A stretch of 64,000 bases of DNA, taken from IMG/VR virus record IMGVR_UViG_3300035047_000196. One strand, given 5' to 3'. The notes beneath the pieces were generated by a model, which worked only from the letters and a program-made list of their open reading frames with translations, made no database searches and was not told the origin of the DNA. This document shows positions 19,521-28,807 of the stretch, piece by piece (within the stretch, counting starts at the first letter, position 1; each line of letters begins with the position of its first letter). Both the position numbers and the translations under genes were made by a program. The stretch comes from a virus.

Positions 19521-21008
19521 TTAGCCGTCCTGCCGGTCGTAGTTGACTTCCGGCATATCAGGGACGTCTTCATCTTCTTCGTTCGTCTCCGGCTCTGCGG
19601 GAGCTTGGGCGGTGTGATCCACCGTCTCACCCGAAAGTGCCAAGAGATTCTCCAGCTCGCCCAACTTCTTGGCCTGAAGTTGCTGCTTGCTGAAACGACA
19701 CGCTTCGTTCTTGGTCAGGACGTCAACGATGGCATCCTTACGGGCCTGCAACGAGCGCTGTCCTTCTTCGAGGACTTCACGAATCTCCTCAGGAGCGTTC
19801 GCAATGAACTCTTCTGCGGACTGAGGCTTTTCTTCCTCATTCGGAGTCGGTTCCGGTTCTTCCGTTTCCTTCTCAGGGTCCGGTTCTTCCGTTTCCTTCT
19901 CAGCAAGGGCCTTGATGGGAGCATGCATCTTCTGGAGCTGCTCTTCTTCGAGACCTTCGAGGAAGCCTTTGTCCTCATCCGTCCACTGACCATTCTCGAT
20001 CAGCGCTTGGATCAGTTCGGTTTTGTTCACGGTATGTTCTCCTTTCGCTTGGTTTTCTACCGTATCCTTCTCTTCTTGTCCCACGTCGTCGTCCCCTTCC
20101 TTTGGGGAATCTGAATTCATTACGGGGACGAATTCCTTTTTCTCTACGACCTCAACCGGGTCGCCCGAAAACTCTACCTTATCGTCAGCACCAACGGAGT
20201 ATGCCTGCTTGTACATAGTGACGCCGTCGTTGTTTTCAACAGAGTAGATGAAATACTTGTCATAGATTTCTTTGATGAATGTATAGACATCATCAGGGTA
20301 GTTCTGGGAGAGGATAGCATAGATACTGTCCTGGATATCCCAGTGGCTTAACTCATGGATAGTCAAGCCACACTTACGGGCGATCTTGTGTGTCAGCCTC
20401 TGGAGGAAATTGACCGACGGGATAGACTTATCGCCACTTTTATCCCTGTTAAGCCTCGGCATGCCAGCGCCATCATCCCAACTGCATGCACCCACACTAC
20501 CAGGGAGGAGAGCCAAATGGTCAGGCCGGTAGTTCCTTGCAATAGCAACATACTCTTCACCGTTCCACTGTGCACCATCTTCTACGGCTTCATTCTCGGT
20601 AAAGAGGCCGGTGGACACTTCGATGGGTTCATCCTGGATCAACATAGCCATACACTCAGGACTGATCTTGGACAGCTTATCCTTGCGCAACCATGCTTCG
20701 GCTTTCAACTTTCGCTGGTCCGGATCCCAGTTTGCCTTGAACAAGGTCCCGACCGTCTGCTTCTCGAAAAGATCAGGACTATTTGCCGTGGTAGGATTCC
20801 CCTGGGCATCTTCCGGATGGAAAATCACAACCGGACGGCCATTCCATGCGTCGGTAAATGTAGCAAGTTCATCGGGCGGATAGTAAAGATTGTTGTGAAC
20901 ACCCTCGCATATCAGCACCGTAGGAACTACAAGATGGGCATGGCCGTCAAGCATCTCCTCACGGATGAAGCTCGCCATGTTGTGGCGAAGTTTTTTCAGA
21001 TCACTCAT
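19521..21008 (-). CDS. Prohead protease (DUF2213-like) with acidic scaffold C-terminus
   Basis: AWNGRPVV..HP, EVSTGLF, DHLALLP..GACS; probable start MSDLKK at 21008. Confidence 0.75.
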   Translation of the reverse strand: MSDLKKLRHNMASFIREEMLDGHAHLVVPTVLICEGVHNNLYYPPDELATFTDAWNGRPVVIFHPEDAQGNPTTANSPDLFEKQTVGTLFKANWDPDQRKLKAEAWLRKDKLSKISPECMAMLIQDEPIEVSTGLFTENEAVEDGAQWNGEEYVAIARNYRPDHLALLPGSVGACSWDDGAGMPRLNRDKSGDKSIPSVNFLQRLTHKIARKCGLTIHELSHWDIQDSIYAILSQNYPDDVYTFIKEIYDKYFIYSVENNDGVTMYKQAYSVGADDKVEFSGDPVEVVEKKEFVPVMNSDSPKEGDDDVGQEEKDTVENQAKGEHTVNKTELIQALIENGQWTDEDKGFLEGLEEEQLQKMHAPIKALAEKETEEPDPEKETEEPEPTPNEEEKPQSAEEFIANAPEEIREVLEEGQRSLQARKDAIVDVLTKNEACRFSKQQLQAKKLGELENLLALSGETVDHTAQAPAEPETNEEDEDVPDMPEVNYDRQDG

Positions 21009-21178
21009 TACGCTATCTCCTTTTTCTGTTTCTTGGTCCAATCGATCTCATCAAAATTCTTCCTGCCGGTGTCGGACAGAAGGGGACTTCTAGACTCTGC
21101 ACGGTTACGAGCAATCTCATTCAAGTCGCCGGGATTCTGTTTCTTGCGCTTACCTAGTCCTTTGCTGATGTAAACCAT
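21008..21178 (-). CDS. Small 56-aa hypothetical protein (not in ORF track)
   Basis: Hand translation MVYISKGLGKRKKQNPGD...KKEIA*; TAATG-type overlaps at both ends. Confidence 0.65.
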   Translation of the reverse strand: MVYISKGLGKRKKQNPGDLNEIARNRAESRSPLLSDTGRKNFDEIDWTKKQKKEIA

Positions 21179-21450
21179 TAGGCTTCCTCCACTTCTCTTT
21201 CCATCACTTCAGTGGCTCTTGCCATAGATCCAGAAATCCCTCTTGGAATAGCTTTCAAAAAAGCAAGTTTGTCATTTGGATACAGAGCTCGACCATCGGG
21301 AAGTTGAATGCCATAGGCTTTCCAATAACGAACAAGAAGGCTAGCGGATCCATTGAAAGACATCTTGTCTCCTCTCAAAGAGACTTCTCCAATTACCTTC
21401 TGCTGCCCGTTCTTCAAGGTCTTCAATATCTGTACATATTGTTCCTTCAT
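21178..21450 (-). CDS. Candidate immunity protein for the MuF kinase
   Basis: 90 aa, ATGA-coupled directly behind the MuF-kinase gene; function inferred from position only. Confidence 0.45.
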   Translation of the reverse strand: MKEQYVQILKTLKNGQQKVIGEVSLRGDKMSFNGSASLLVRYWKAYGIQLPDGRALYPNDKLAFLKAIPRGISGSMARATEVMEREVEEA

Positions 21451-23339
21451 AAGATAGTTCCTTTCTCAAAGGACTCGACAATAACCCTGAACTCTTCGAA
21501 CACAGGTTTAATACGTTCTGGAACGGTCGAATCAAAACCAGAAGAATATAGTCTGAAAGCATCATAGCCGTCTTCGTCCTGCAACGCCCGAACCAGAAGC
21601 TGACGACGAGCTTCTAAAGTATTTTTTGTAACCTCGTTCACACCTAATTTGGACATCTCTGGACCATTGAAAAACTTCTCCACATCCAAATCTTGCAACG
21701 TCTTCAACCAGCGACTTCTCATGTACTCAAAGTCATCCGGAAGAGTGGCAAGGAAATCGCTACGCATGTGTGCTTTTATCAAGTTACTAGAAAAACAATA
21801 GCCATTATCAATCAATTTCAAAACAGACTCTTTACCCTTGGTTGAAACCATCCAATTATACGAATGTCGATCTCCGGCACCCGTCAGATAATCAAACACA
21901 AAAGTATCGGCGCCCTGTTTGGAGTCGATGAGATTATCTACAAAATCCCAAGGCAACTTGCCATTTGCAGCAGCATCTGCAGCGGGAACATAATCATCAA
22001 GATACTGCTGTATTGAAACATTGCCATAGTCTTTCAAACCTCTTCGATAAACAGTACGTGGAACTTTGTTCAGACCAATCTCTTGATCAAATAAATAAGC
22101 AGCACGCTCTCTTTGAGCCGCTGTGAACTCTGGATTCTCAAGTAAAGCGGGGTGCTTGTATTCTCCAGACTCCTTCTTGAGAACTCCTGTAACCTTCTTG
22201 TCCCCTTTTTTCAAACGAACTAATTGAGCATCATTCACACCCCCACCAAGATTAGATGATTCTGTTACAGTTCCAGTTCCAAAAGCAACCTCATCTGTAA
22301 TGGGAACAGAAGGCACAGCGTCCGGCTTTGCCGGCAGACAGACACAACGACAGTTTGGATGAACAGGAATAAGGCCGCGAGCTTCCTTCAATGAAAATAT
22401 CTGACCCTCTAACTCCATGCACTGAGAACAGACGCGGTCATCAAGAGCAGTAGCAAACTCGGCCAATACTGTAACACCCTCTGCCCCTGCCTGCTCATAA
22501 GTATTTATGGTAGCGACATGATGAGCACGTACGATTTCTGTTCTTGCAAGCGTTCTGGCCCTCTTGATCTCCAAACCAACCGCTTTGTTCATCGCACGGG
22601 CGATCTTCTTAGGATTATCACCATCAATAAGACCCTGTGAAAGAACACGGGTGATGGCGGTTTCTGTTCGACGCGTCACACTCTTGACCCCATCCCAAGT
22701 ACGAGTGTAGAGATTGGCTACAGTGTCCATATGAATAGGGGCATTAAATGGAGACTGGAATGGACCATCAGACACCTCACCTATGCCAGCGATCTCTAAT
22801 TCGGTCTCCGCTCGAATCATCCCCTTCTTATAGCTGGACTCGATATATTGATCAGTCCAGCGGACAGCACCACCAGAGGACCCTTGAACAACACCAAGAG
22901 GCGCGTCCGGCTTGGCCATCTCATCTTCCAACCATTTTTGGAAGTCCTCTATCTTCTGATCGCTTGTGGTGAAGCCGGCGAAGGCACGGGGAGGGAGAGC
23001 CTCGTTCGCTGTAAGTGTATTGGTCGAGTGTGACTCGCTCAATCCCCGTAACGCCGGCATTGGATCTCTCAACCCAAAGCAATCGTTTTCTATGACACTC
23101 TTGTTGATCAACCCTTTAATCAATCTGAAACGCTTGTACATTTCGGCGGACATTTTTCTACGTAACATAGTCGTGCGGGTTGGGTCGGCCCTTCCGGTGG
23201 TGCTCCCGTTCGTTGCCAAGGAGGAAGCGGTGAGAGAGCGAAGACCTCCCTGCCTCACGCTTTTTTGGAGCACACTGAGCCGACCCAACCCCATCCGGGT
23301 GGAGGTACATACAGCACAGGTATGTTGCACGATGGTCAT
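21447..23339 (-). CDS. MuF (SPP1 gp7-like) minor head protein fused to a PI3/4-kinase/HipA-like kinase domain
   Basis: ARTEIVRAH, CSQC, PVHPNCRC (MuF); GGGVN, VLKKE, RERAAYLFD, GAGDRHSYN, IDNG (kinase). Confidence 0.8.
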   Translation of the reverse strand: MTIVQHTCAVCTSTRMGLGRLSVLQKSVRQGGLRSLTASSLATNGSTTGRADPTRTTMLRRKMSAEMYKRFRLIKGLINKSVIENDCFGLRDPMPALRGLSESHSTNTLTANEALPPRAFAGFTTSDQKIEDFQKWLEDEMAKPDAPLGVVQGSSGGAVRWTDQYIESSYKKGMIRAETELEIAGIGEVSDGPFQSPFNAPIHMDTVANLYTRTWDGVKSVTRRTETAITRVLSQGLIDGDNPKKIARAMNKAVGLEIKRARTLARTEIVRAHHVATINTYEQAGAEGVTVLAEFATALDDRVCSQCMELEGQIFSLKEARGLIPVHPNCRCVCLPAKPDAVPSVPITDEVAFGTGTVTESSNLGGGVNDAQLVRLKKGDKKVTGVLKKESGEYKHPALLENPEFTAAQRERAAYLFDQEIGLNKVPRTVYRRGLKDYGNVSIQQYLDDYVPAADAAANGKLPWDFVDNLIDSKQGADTFVFDYLTGAGDRHSYNWMVSTKGKESVLKLIDNGYCFSSNLIKAHMRSDFLATLPDDFEYMRSRWLKTLQDLDVEKFFNGPEMSKLGVNEVTKNTLEARRQLLVRALQDEDGYDAFRLYSSGFDSTVPERIKPVFEEFRVIVESFEKGTIL

Positions 23340-24820
23340 TCAGCTTCTTCCTCTTCGATGTCAATTTCTTCTTCGGGCTCTTCCAGTCCAGCGGCTTCTG
23401 CCTCTTCGCGTTCCTGTTCCAGGTACTCCTCAACAGACTTCATCATTTCCTGAACACGTTCGCTGTCCCATCCAAGCAAATCAGTAAGGAAGTATTCAGG
23501 AGGAACGATCTGGTCAGCTCCGGACTTGATATATTCAGCAAGGGCCTTGGTCACATTGAGTACGATCTCGCTAGTCTCTTTCTCATTGCTCTCGATGAGT
23601 GGAGGCCATTCAAGACGGTAATCATAATCGCCGTCAAGGGCATCATCGACAGAAGCAGGAGCTGTGATGGCACCGACTGAGATCAACCTATCGATGAATG
23701 CTCTTACAATAACAGCCTCGGCGAAATTCTCCCTGCGTTCAGCCACCCTGTCATACCAAGCCTGTTGGTCCTGTGAACTAGCCAGCTCCCCCCGCTCACT
23801 ACCAAGAAGAATACGAACAGGTATCTTGGACTGGGCCGAGATCAACTTCATCTGGATATCAAAATGCTCTTTGGGATTGGCTACCTGAGGAGATAATGGC
23901 TTGGCAGTAACCCCTTCCAGTTTCAGGAAGCGAGACAGGCCATGGATGTAGTTTTCAATCTCGTCATCGATGGCGTCAGAGGTCTGATCAAATTCGTACT
24001 CGGGATCTTTCTCGAAAGAATAGCCCGGGAAGCCACCACGCCAGAACATCTCACCAGAACCGCCGGCAATCTTCTGGACATCATAGAGGTTATTGAAAAT
24101 CTTCTGGAGTCGGGGTGTACCATAAACATCGGACTCCTCAAGCTCCTCTGCTACGTGAATGACCCTCTTCCAATGGACCAGGTGTGTCCGCGAAGAGGCT
24201 CCTTCTGAATCAGCCATCTGCACCTGGACCTTCAACTTGTAAATCTCTGGAAGGCCATAACGAGGATCTGACGGGTCATTAACCGTCGAATGGATTGTGG
24301 CGTTCGTCTGAGAATAAGGCTTCACATACAGAAGCTGGGAAACACCCGAGGGTTCATTCTGCATGTCCTCCGGCTTTTTGACATCATTAAACCCAAGGAA
24401 CAAGACACCGTATTCACCGATACCGGAAATAATATCTAAGCGACGGAAGTAATGACGCAGCTTGAGCCTCTTGACATACAGTTTCCATTCTTTTTCAAAG
24501 TCAGTGAAGTTGTTCTCATCTTCGTCATCAATAACCTCTGGCATGCCCTTCCATGTAGCATCAGGGTAAGCCTTAACTATCCGGTCAGCGATACCCATGC
24601 GTTTGAACTTTTTCTCGAAGTCCTGGAATGTCAGAACCTCCTTGTAGCCACAAGACTCATAGATATTACGATCACCACCGAATTGATCGCCAAGGCCGGC
24701 AGCAAGAGCGGACCGGCTGACCATAGCAGAAGAGAGAACGCGAAGAAGACCGTCGGTCGCTTTTCTTTGGTTACCTGATATCTTCTTCTTAACGGTTATT
24801 TTCTTCTTTGCTTTTGCCAT
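23336..24820 (-). CDS. Portal protein (DUF1073-like)
   Basis: 494 aa after terL; HWKRVIH, IPVRILLGSERGELASSQD. Confidence 0.85.
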   Translation of the reverse strand: MAKAKKKITVKKKISGNQRKATDGLLRVLSSAMVSRSALAAGLGDQFGGDRNIYESCGYKEVLTFQDFEKKFKRMGIADRIVKAYPDATWKGMPEVIDDEDENNFTDFEKEWKLYVKRLKLRHYFRRLDIISGIGEYGVLFLGFNDVKKPEDMQNEPSGVSQLLYVKPYSQTNATIHSTVNDPSDPRYGLPEIYKLKVQVQMADSEGASSRTHLVHWKRVIHVAEELEESDVYGTPRLQKIFNNLYDVQKIAGGSGEMFWRGGFPGYSFEKDPEYEFDQTSDAIDDEIENYIHGLSRFLKLEGVTAKPLSPQVANPKEHFDIQMKLISAQSKIPVRILLGSERGELASSQDQQAWYDRVAERRENFAEAVIVRAFIDRLISVGAITAPASVDDALDGDYDYRLEWPPLIESNEKETSEIVLNVTKALAEYIKSGADQIVPPEYFLTDLLGWDSERVQEMMKSVEEYLEQEREEAEAAGLEEPEEEIDIEEEEAE

Positions 24821-24832
24821 CGTTTTGATCTC

Positions 24833-26344
24833 CTACCAAGTGCCATCCAGCACTTTCTTCCCAAGGGCTATTTTATTGAATGCTCCTGCCGATGCATCGA
24901 CCATGTCCTTGTAATCAGAAAGAGGAAAGTCATGGAGCTGGTCAATGAAATCGCCGGTCCAATCCCGTATAAGAACATATACGTTACCGGCTTCAACTTG
25001 GATTGCAAAGGGCTCAGCCCTACGCACCTTGTCACCCTGGCCACTGACTTTGTCGGCCTTGACTTTGAAACCAGCCAGATCCTTGATACTGAACTCAGCA
25101 GATTCTTTACCACCGGAGCCGGGTTCCTGCTCTAACCAGATTGTCAAACCGTCATACCCTTTTGCCTCATCAGCTTGAGCAACGGCCTTTATGATCTTGT
25201 TACGTTTGCCATACGACCATTGGCCCTGCCTGATGTTCTCTATGACATAGGAACCGTCCTTCATTCGGTGCATCAACACCCCGGCCGTATAACAACCACC
25301 GCCCTCTGTAGCGGCCTTATCCCAGTAACGAGCAGACTTTTCAATCTTAGTGCGATCAAACTCGTGGATCTGTTTGATGTTCTCTACCTTGAACATTCCA
25401 CCTTCGCGAGGAGTGGGTTCCTGGTCCAACTGAGCAGCAGTTCCGTAAGAACCCAGCTTCTTCTTCCACGTGGCCATAGTCTTCTTGGTAAATCGGCCGG
25501 GCATCAGAAGTTCGTTGGGTTTCGTCCTCGGGTCCTTGACATCCAAAGGTGATTTGATTATGGAACTCTTCTTGTACTCGGCGGGTAGCTTGATGATGCA
25601 CCAGTCATCATCGCCTTCGTTTTCCAAGACGTGACCAAACAGATCCTGATGATGTGAACGCTGACCGATCAACACATATGCTCCGGTGTTAGGGTCATTC
25701 AAGCGGGTACTGAGGCTCTCATCCCACCACCGACAACAAGTCTGCCTTTTAATGTCACTCTCGCCCTCCATGATATTATGAGGATCGTCTACGGTGATTA
25801 TATCGCCACCTTCTCCCGTTGCTACTCCTCCAATGGAAGTAGCCAACCTGTAACCGCCCCTATTGTTTTCATACCGGATCTTAGTGTTCTGATCGGAGGT
25901 GAGTTCAAAGAAAGGAGTACCGTCTGCAGTGATCTGTCGAATAAGCGCTTGGTATTCTTCGGACTGAATGAGACGCCGGGTTTTGACACTATCACGTACG
26001 GCAAGGTTGTGGGCATAAGAGGCGCTGAGGAATTGAATTGCCGGTTCATGAACCCAAGCCCATGCTGGAAAGAACACACCACACGAAAGACTCTTCATGT
26101 GGCGAGGTGGGATGTTGATCATAAGATAGCGGATGTATCCCTGGAAGACCGCCATGAGATGATCTGCCATACAATCAATATGCCAATTGCTTACAAAGCT
26201 TCTAGTTTCTACCGTGCCCCAAAAGTGGCGAATGAAGTCGCCCAGCGACCGGCGAGCTATCTCGCGTCGCAGTATTTTGGGGTTCGGGAGATGAGGTAGC
26301 TTCGTCGCCGATGGCTTCTTCAAGCATGTCTGCGAGTTGCTCAA
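24833..26344 (-). CDS. terL: Terminase large subunit
   Basis: INIPPRHMKS (Walker A), ITVDDPH (Walker B), YWDKA, EQEPGSGGK, KDMVDA nuclease motifs. Confidence 0.92.
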   Translation of the reverse strand: MSNSQTCLKKPSATKLPHLPNPKILRREIARRSLGDFIRHFWGTVETRSFVSNWHIDCMADHLMAVFQGYIRYLMINIPPRHMKSLSCGVFFPAWAWVHEPAIQFLSASYAHNLAVRDSVKTRRLIQSEEYQALIRQITADGTPFFELTSDQNTKIRYENNRGGYRLATSIGGVATGEGGDIITVDDPHNIMEGESDIKRQTCCRWWDESLSTRLNDPNTGAYVLIGQRSHHQDLFGHVLENEGDDDWCIIKLPAEYKKSSIIKSPLDVKDPRTKPNELLMPGRFTKKTMATWKKKLGSYGTAAQLDQEPTPREGGMFKVENIKQIHEFDRTKIEKSARYWDKAATEGGGCYTAGVLMHRMKDGSYVIENIRQGQWSYGKRNKIIKAVAQADEAKGYDGLTIWLEQEPGSGGKESAEFSIKDLAGFKVKADKVSGQGDKVRRAEPFAIQVEAGNVYVLIRDWTGDFIDQLHDFPLSDYKDMVDASAGAFNKIALGKKVLDGTW

Positions 26345-26876
26345 GTTTCTTCTTCCCTATCTTACTCAACTTACTGATGTCAAATTCATGTGAATGGCTA
26401 TGATCCATTTTGCCAACGATAGTCTGGATGTTTTTCCAACGATCCGGATTTCGATTGCACAACCAGAAGATCATAGCGGTAACGTTTGGAGCCATGTGCT
26501 TCCTCATTGTGATGATCTTGTCTGCAGGGACTCTGACTAGATTTGCTCCTCTACCTTGGCGAAGCTCAATCTGCTCGGTCTTGGTTTCGGTGTACCAATA
26601 TCCAAGAGCGCGTTTGAGGAGTCCTTGTTCAACCCTGCCGTTGTCGAAATCTTCTCTACCGGCTTTTTTAGCTTCCAATAAATCAGGGTGTTCTTGCATC
26701 CATTTGTTTAGGGTCTGAACAGAGATATCAAGAATTTCAGCGACCTCTTCATTACCACACCCCCGCCTGTACAGCTTGCCAATCACCGATACATGATAGG
26801 CAGGATCGTACTCAATAGGAGGACGTCCCCGTCCAGCACTCATCTTGCTTTTCTTCTTTACCGTTACCTTTGCCAT
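26202..26876 (-). CDS. terS: Terminase small subunit
   Basis: GRGRPP..Y, HTH (EEVAEILDISVQTLNKW), LLKRALGY, AMIFWLCNR.PDRW; probable start 26876; overlaps terL by 143 nt. Confidence 0.85.
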   Translation of the reverse strand: MAKVTVKKKSKMSAGRGRPPIEYDPAYHVSVIGKLYRRGCGNEEVAEILDISVQTLNKWMQEHPDLLEAKKAGREDFDNGRVEQGLLKRALGYWYTETKTEQIELRQGRGANLVRVPADKIITMRKHMAPNVTAMIFWLCNRNPDRWKNIQTIVGKMDHSHSHEFDISKLSKIGKKKLEQLADMLEEAIGDEATSSPEPQNTATRDSSPVAGRLHSPLLGHGRN

Positions 26877-27071
26877 AACGCTTTGCAATATATGGACCAC
26901 AGCCAAAGAGGATAAGAAGGAATTGATATTCGATTCCAAAAAATACTGATATATGTGTGTTTTCTGCATGTAAAAAATACTTAAAAAACTTTAAGTTTTA
27001 CCTTTACCTCTACCCAGCCCGGAGGTAGTATATAAGTAGGTTCTTTGATAAATAGGAAGGCGGTTATGAGA

Positions 27072-27342
27072 CACCCTCCTCAAAACACCAGACAGGGGCA
27101 GCCTCCTGAGAGAGCCGAGACCTCCTGATCAGACCCATAGGTTGTGGTGTTAGAGATGAAGTTGAGGACGGGGTGATCGAAGTGGATTAAGAAGAGCACC
27201 AATCGAGCGTGTACTTGCCACGGAGACACTTGATAGGAACGACGGTAGACTTCATCGAAATCCTGATGGGTGGGGGTGAGCGTGTTGCTTCAATGTAACA
27301 CGCTCCTCTCATTAAAGGACAAGCTGAGTCCAAAGTCTCAGC
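27072..27342 (+). ncRNA. Candidate structured leader / ncRNA at the start of the early arm
   Basis: Nested helices 27072-83/27162-75 and 27084-90/27145-51; hairpins 27278-27305 and 27323-27342. Confidence 0.45.
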
Positions 27343-27366
27343 ACAAGCAACATAAGGAGAGAGAAG

Positions 27367-27435
27367 ATGAAAAGGCCTTTTCAAGAGGTAGAAGCTTGCT
27401 GGGAGCACACGGAAAAAGAAGAGGAGGAAGAATAA
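27367..27435 (+). CDS. 22-aa leader peptide
   Basis: MKRPFQEVEACWEHTEKEEEE* behind a strong RBS; TAATG overlap with the next gene. Confidence 0.5.
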   Translation: MKRPFQEVEACWEHTEKEEEEE

Positions 27436-27626
27436 TGTATATCGGAACAATAAGCCAAAGCGAGATAGAAAAATTGGCTAATGAAATCAAAAACGAAATC
27501 ATAGCCATGGACGGAAAGCCGAATAAGGAATGGCGGCTTAGTATCTCGGCGAATGGAAATGTCAGAGTACAGGTTGTCTTTCAAGATTTCGTAGGAATGG
27601 AAGATATCCACGAAAAGTATCTGTAG
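27435..27626 (+). CDS. Small early hypothetical protein (63 aa)
   Basis: Probable start MYIGTIS at 27435 within the listed ORF. Confidence 0.65.
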   Translation: MYIGTISQSEIEKLANEIKNEIIAMDGKPNKEWRLSISANGNVRVQVVFQDFVGMEDIHEKYL

Positions 27627-27637
27627 ACTATACTAAA

Positions 27638-27702
27638 TCGAAAGAGGAGGGCTTCACCCTCCTCTCATACTAACGTGGTGGTTAGTATCTGATGAGAAGC
27701 CA
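27638..27702 (+). ncRNA. Type II hammerhead ribozyme
   Basis: C-GAAA (27639-43); stem III 27644-51/27657-64; UC cleavage site (27665-66); stem I 27667-74/27681-88; CUGAUGA-G (27689-96); stem II only 2 bp. Confidence 0.8.
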
Positions 27703-27719
27703 ACATAAGGAGAGAGAAG

Positions 27720-28001
27720 ATGAGAATGAAGAAAACAATGAAAGAAATCAAAGAACAACTACTGAACCATAAACGTGAACTCGAATCTATACATGGACCA
27801 TTAGGACCTCCACTGAAAAGAATAGTTGCTGTTGGAAACATGGGGCCTCCTGTTTATCAATGGTGGGATGGTGGATCCAAGAGTCTGAAGCGCTTCGTTG
27901 AAAAACACCATGCAGATAAGAGCATTTCCAAAATTGTGGTTCAATACATTTACATTCCATATAGCTCCGCTCACAGCGAGGTTGTGGTCTGGGAACGATG
28001 A
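27720..28001 (+). CDS. Early hypothetical protein
   Basis: 93-aa ORF with the repeated RBS, directly behind the hammerhead. Confidence 0.7.
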   Translation: MRMKKTMKEIKEQLLNHKRELESIHGPLGPPLKRIVAVGNMGPPVYQWWDGGSKSLKRFVEKHHADKSISKIVVQYIYIPYSSAHSEVVVWER

Positions 28002-28120
28002 TTCTGCAAAACATCGGTCAACAATTCTTTTGAACTTTTTTCAACACTGCTATAGCTGAACGTTTTTTTGAAGTAAGGCTCTGAAAGTGGGATATGACGA
28101 ATTTTCAAAAACTCGATTTG

Positions 28121-28129
28121 GTATAATAG
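28121..28129 (+). promoter_or_regulatory. Candidate -10 box GTATAATAG
   Basis: TATAAT in an intergenic region, followed by a small hairpin and RBS. Confidence 0.5.
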
Positions 28130-28176
28130 TAGTAGTGAGTTGGAATTGATCCGACTACAGACAAAGGAGAGAGCAG

Positions 28177-28395
28177 ATGAAGTGGTATCGTACTGAATGG
28201 AATCAGCAGGTCAGGAAAAGAAAGGGATCTGATGCCGGCAAGATGGTGCGGGAAAGAAAGTGCTACGAAACGAAAAGTCTCACGGACTTACATGCAACCA
28301 TCCGAAGTCGGCACCCAGGAGCCAGGACACTGATGCTGGATGACAGCATCGAGTGGCCGTTCGGAACATATGCTGAAATCATAGCAAGGAGCTGA
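28177..28395 (+). CDS. Early hypothetical protein
   Basis: 72-aa ORF with AGGAGAGAG RBS. Confidence 0.7.
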   Translation: MKWYRTEWNQQVRKRKGSDAGKMVRERKCYETKSLTDLHATIRSRHPGARTLMLDDSIEWPFGTYAEIIARS

Positions 28396-28396
28396 C

Positions 28397-28807
28397 ATGG
28401 GACACTATAAAGAAGAAGAAAGAATCTGGTTTGAAGCATACAGCATCTGGATAAGTGAAGCAGAGGCAGTCCGCATAATCCAAAAGTTGGACAGATGGAC
28501 CGGCATGGAAACAACCTGCAAATTCAGAAGTAGCTTCGGTGGTGTCGCATATCCCTGGAGGAAGACGATTATGCTTCCATCCAAGACCCTGACAGTTGGA
28601 CTACTGCTACACGAGTACGCTCATATAGCTCATTACTGCCCCGATGTGTTTACCGACATACCAAGACTGACAAGGAGAGATAGAAAGGGCCGTAAAGTCA
28701 AACCACATGGTGTTGAGTTTGACACGGTCTTGATGCGCATCCACCACTACGGCAAGCGGAAGAACTATTGGAGAAAAAGAAAGGTGAGGGTACGGAAAAT
28801 AAAATGA
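28397..28807 (+). CDS. SprT-like zinc metalloprotease
   Basis: LLHEYAH (HExxH) and downstream HGVEF. Confidence 0.7.
   Translation: MGHYKEEERIWFEAYSIWISEAEAVRIIQKLDRWTGMETTCKFRSSFGGVAYPWRKTIMLPSKTLTVGLLLHEYAHIAHYCPDVFTDIPRLTRRDRKGRKVKPHGVEFDTVLMRIHHYGKRKNYWRKRKVRVRKIK

Larger units (their letters stand above)
27348..27723 (+). repeat. 23-nt direct repeat CAACATAAGGAGAGAGAAGATGA (27348-27370, 27701-27723)
   Basis: Identical RBS-start leaders; shorter variants before 28177 and 29673. Confidence 0.9.

Noticed and set aside
19605-23487. Plus-strand ORFs 19605..20114, 20355..21173 and 22966..23487
   Set aside because: Antisense to well-supported head genes, with no recognisable motifs
27096-27140. 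TPP-riboswitch-like words (GGGG..CUGAGA..CCUGAUC)
   Set aside because: The downstream GG-UAAU-CC / GCG-AGGGA elements are absent and the spacing is wrong
27253-27268. Second GAAA..CUGAUG adjacency suggesting another hammerhead
   Set aside because: Only 2 nt separate the two words, there is no stem I or III, and the core reads CUGAUGG
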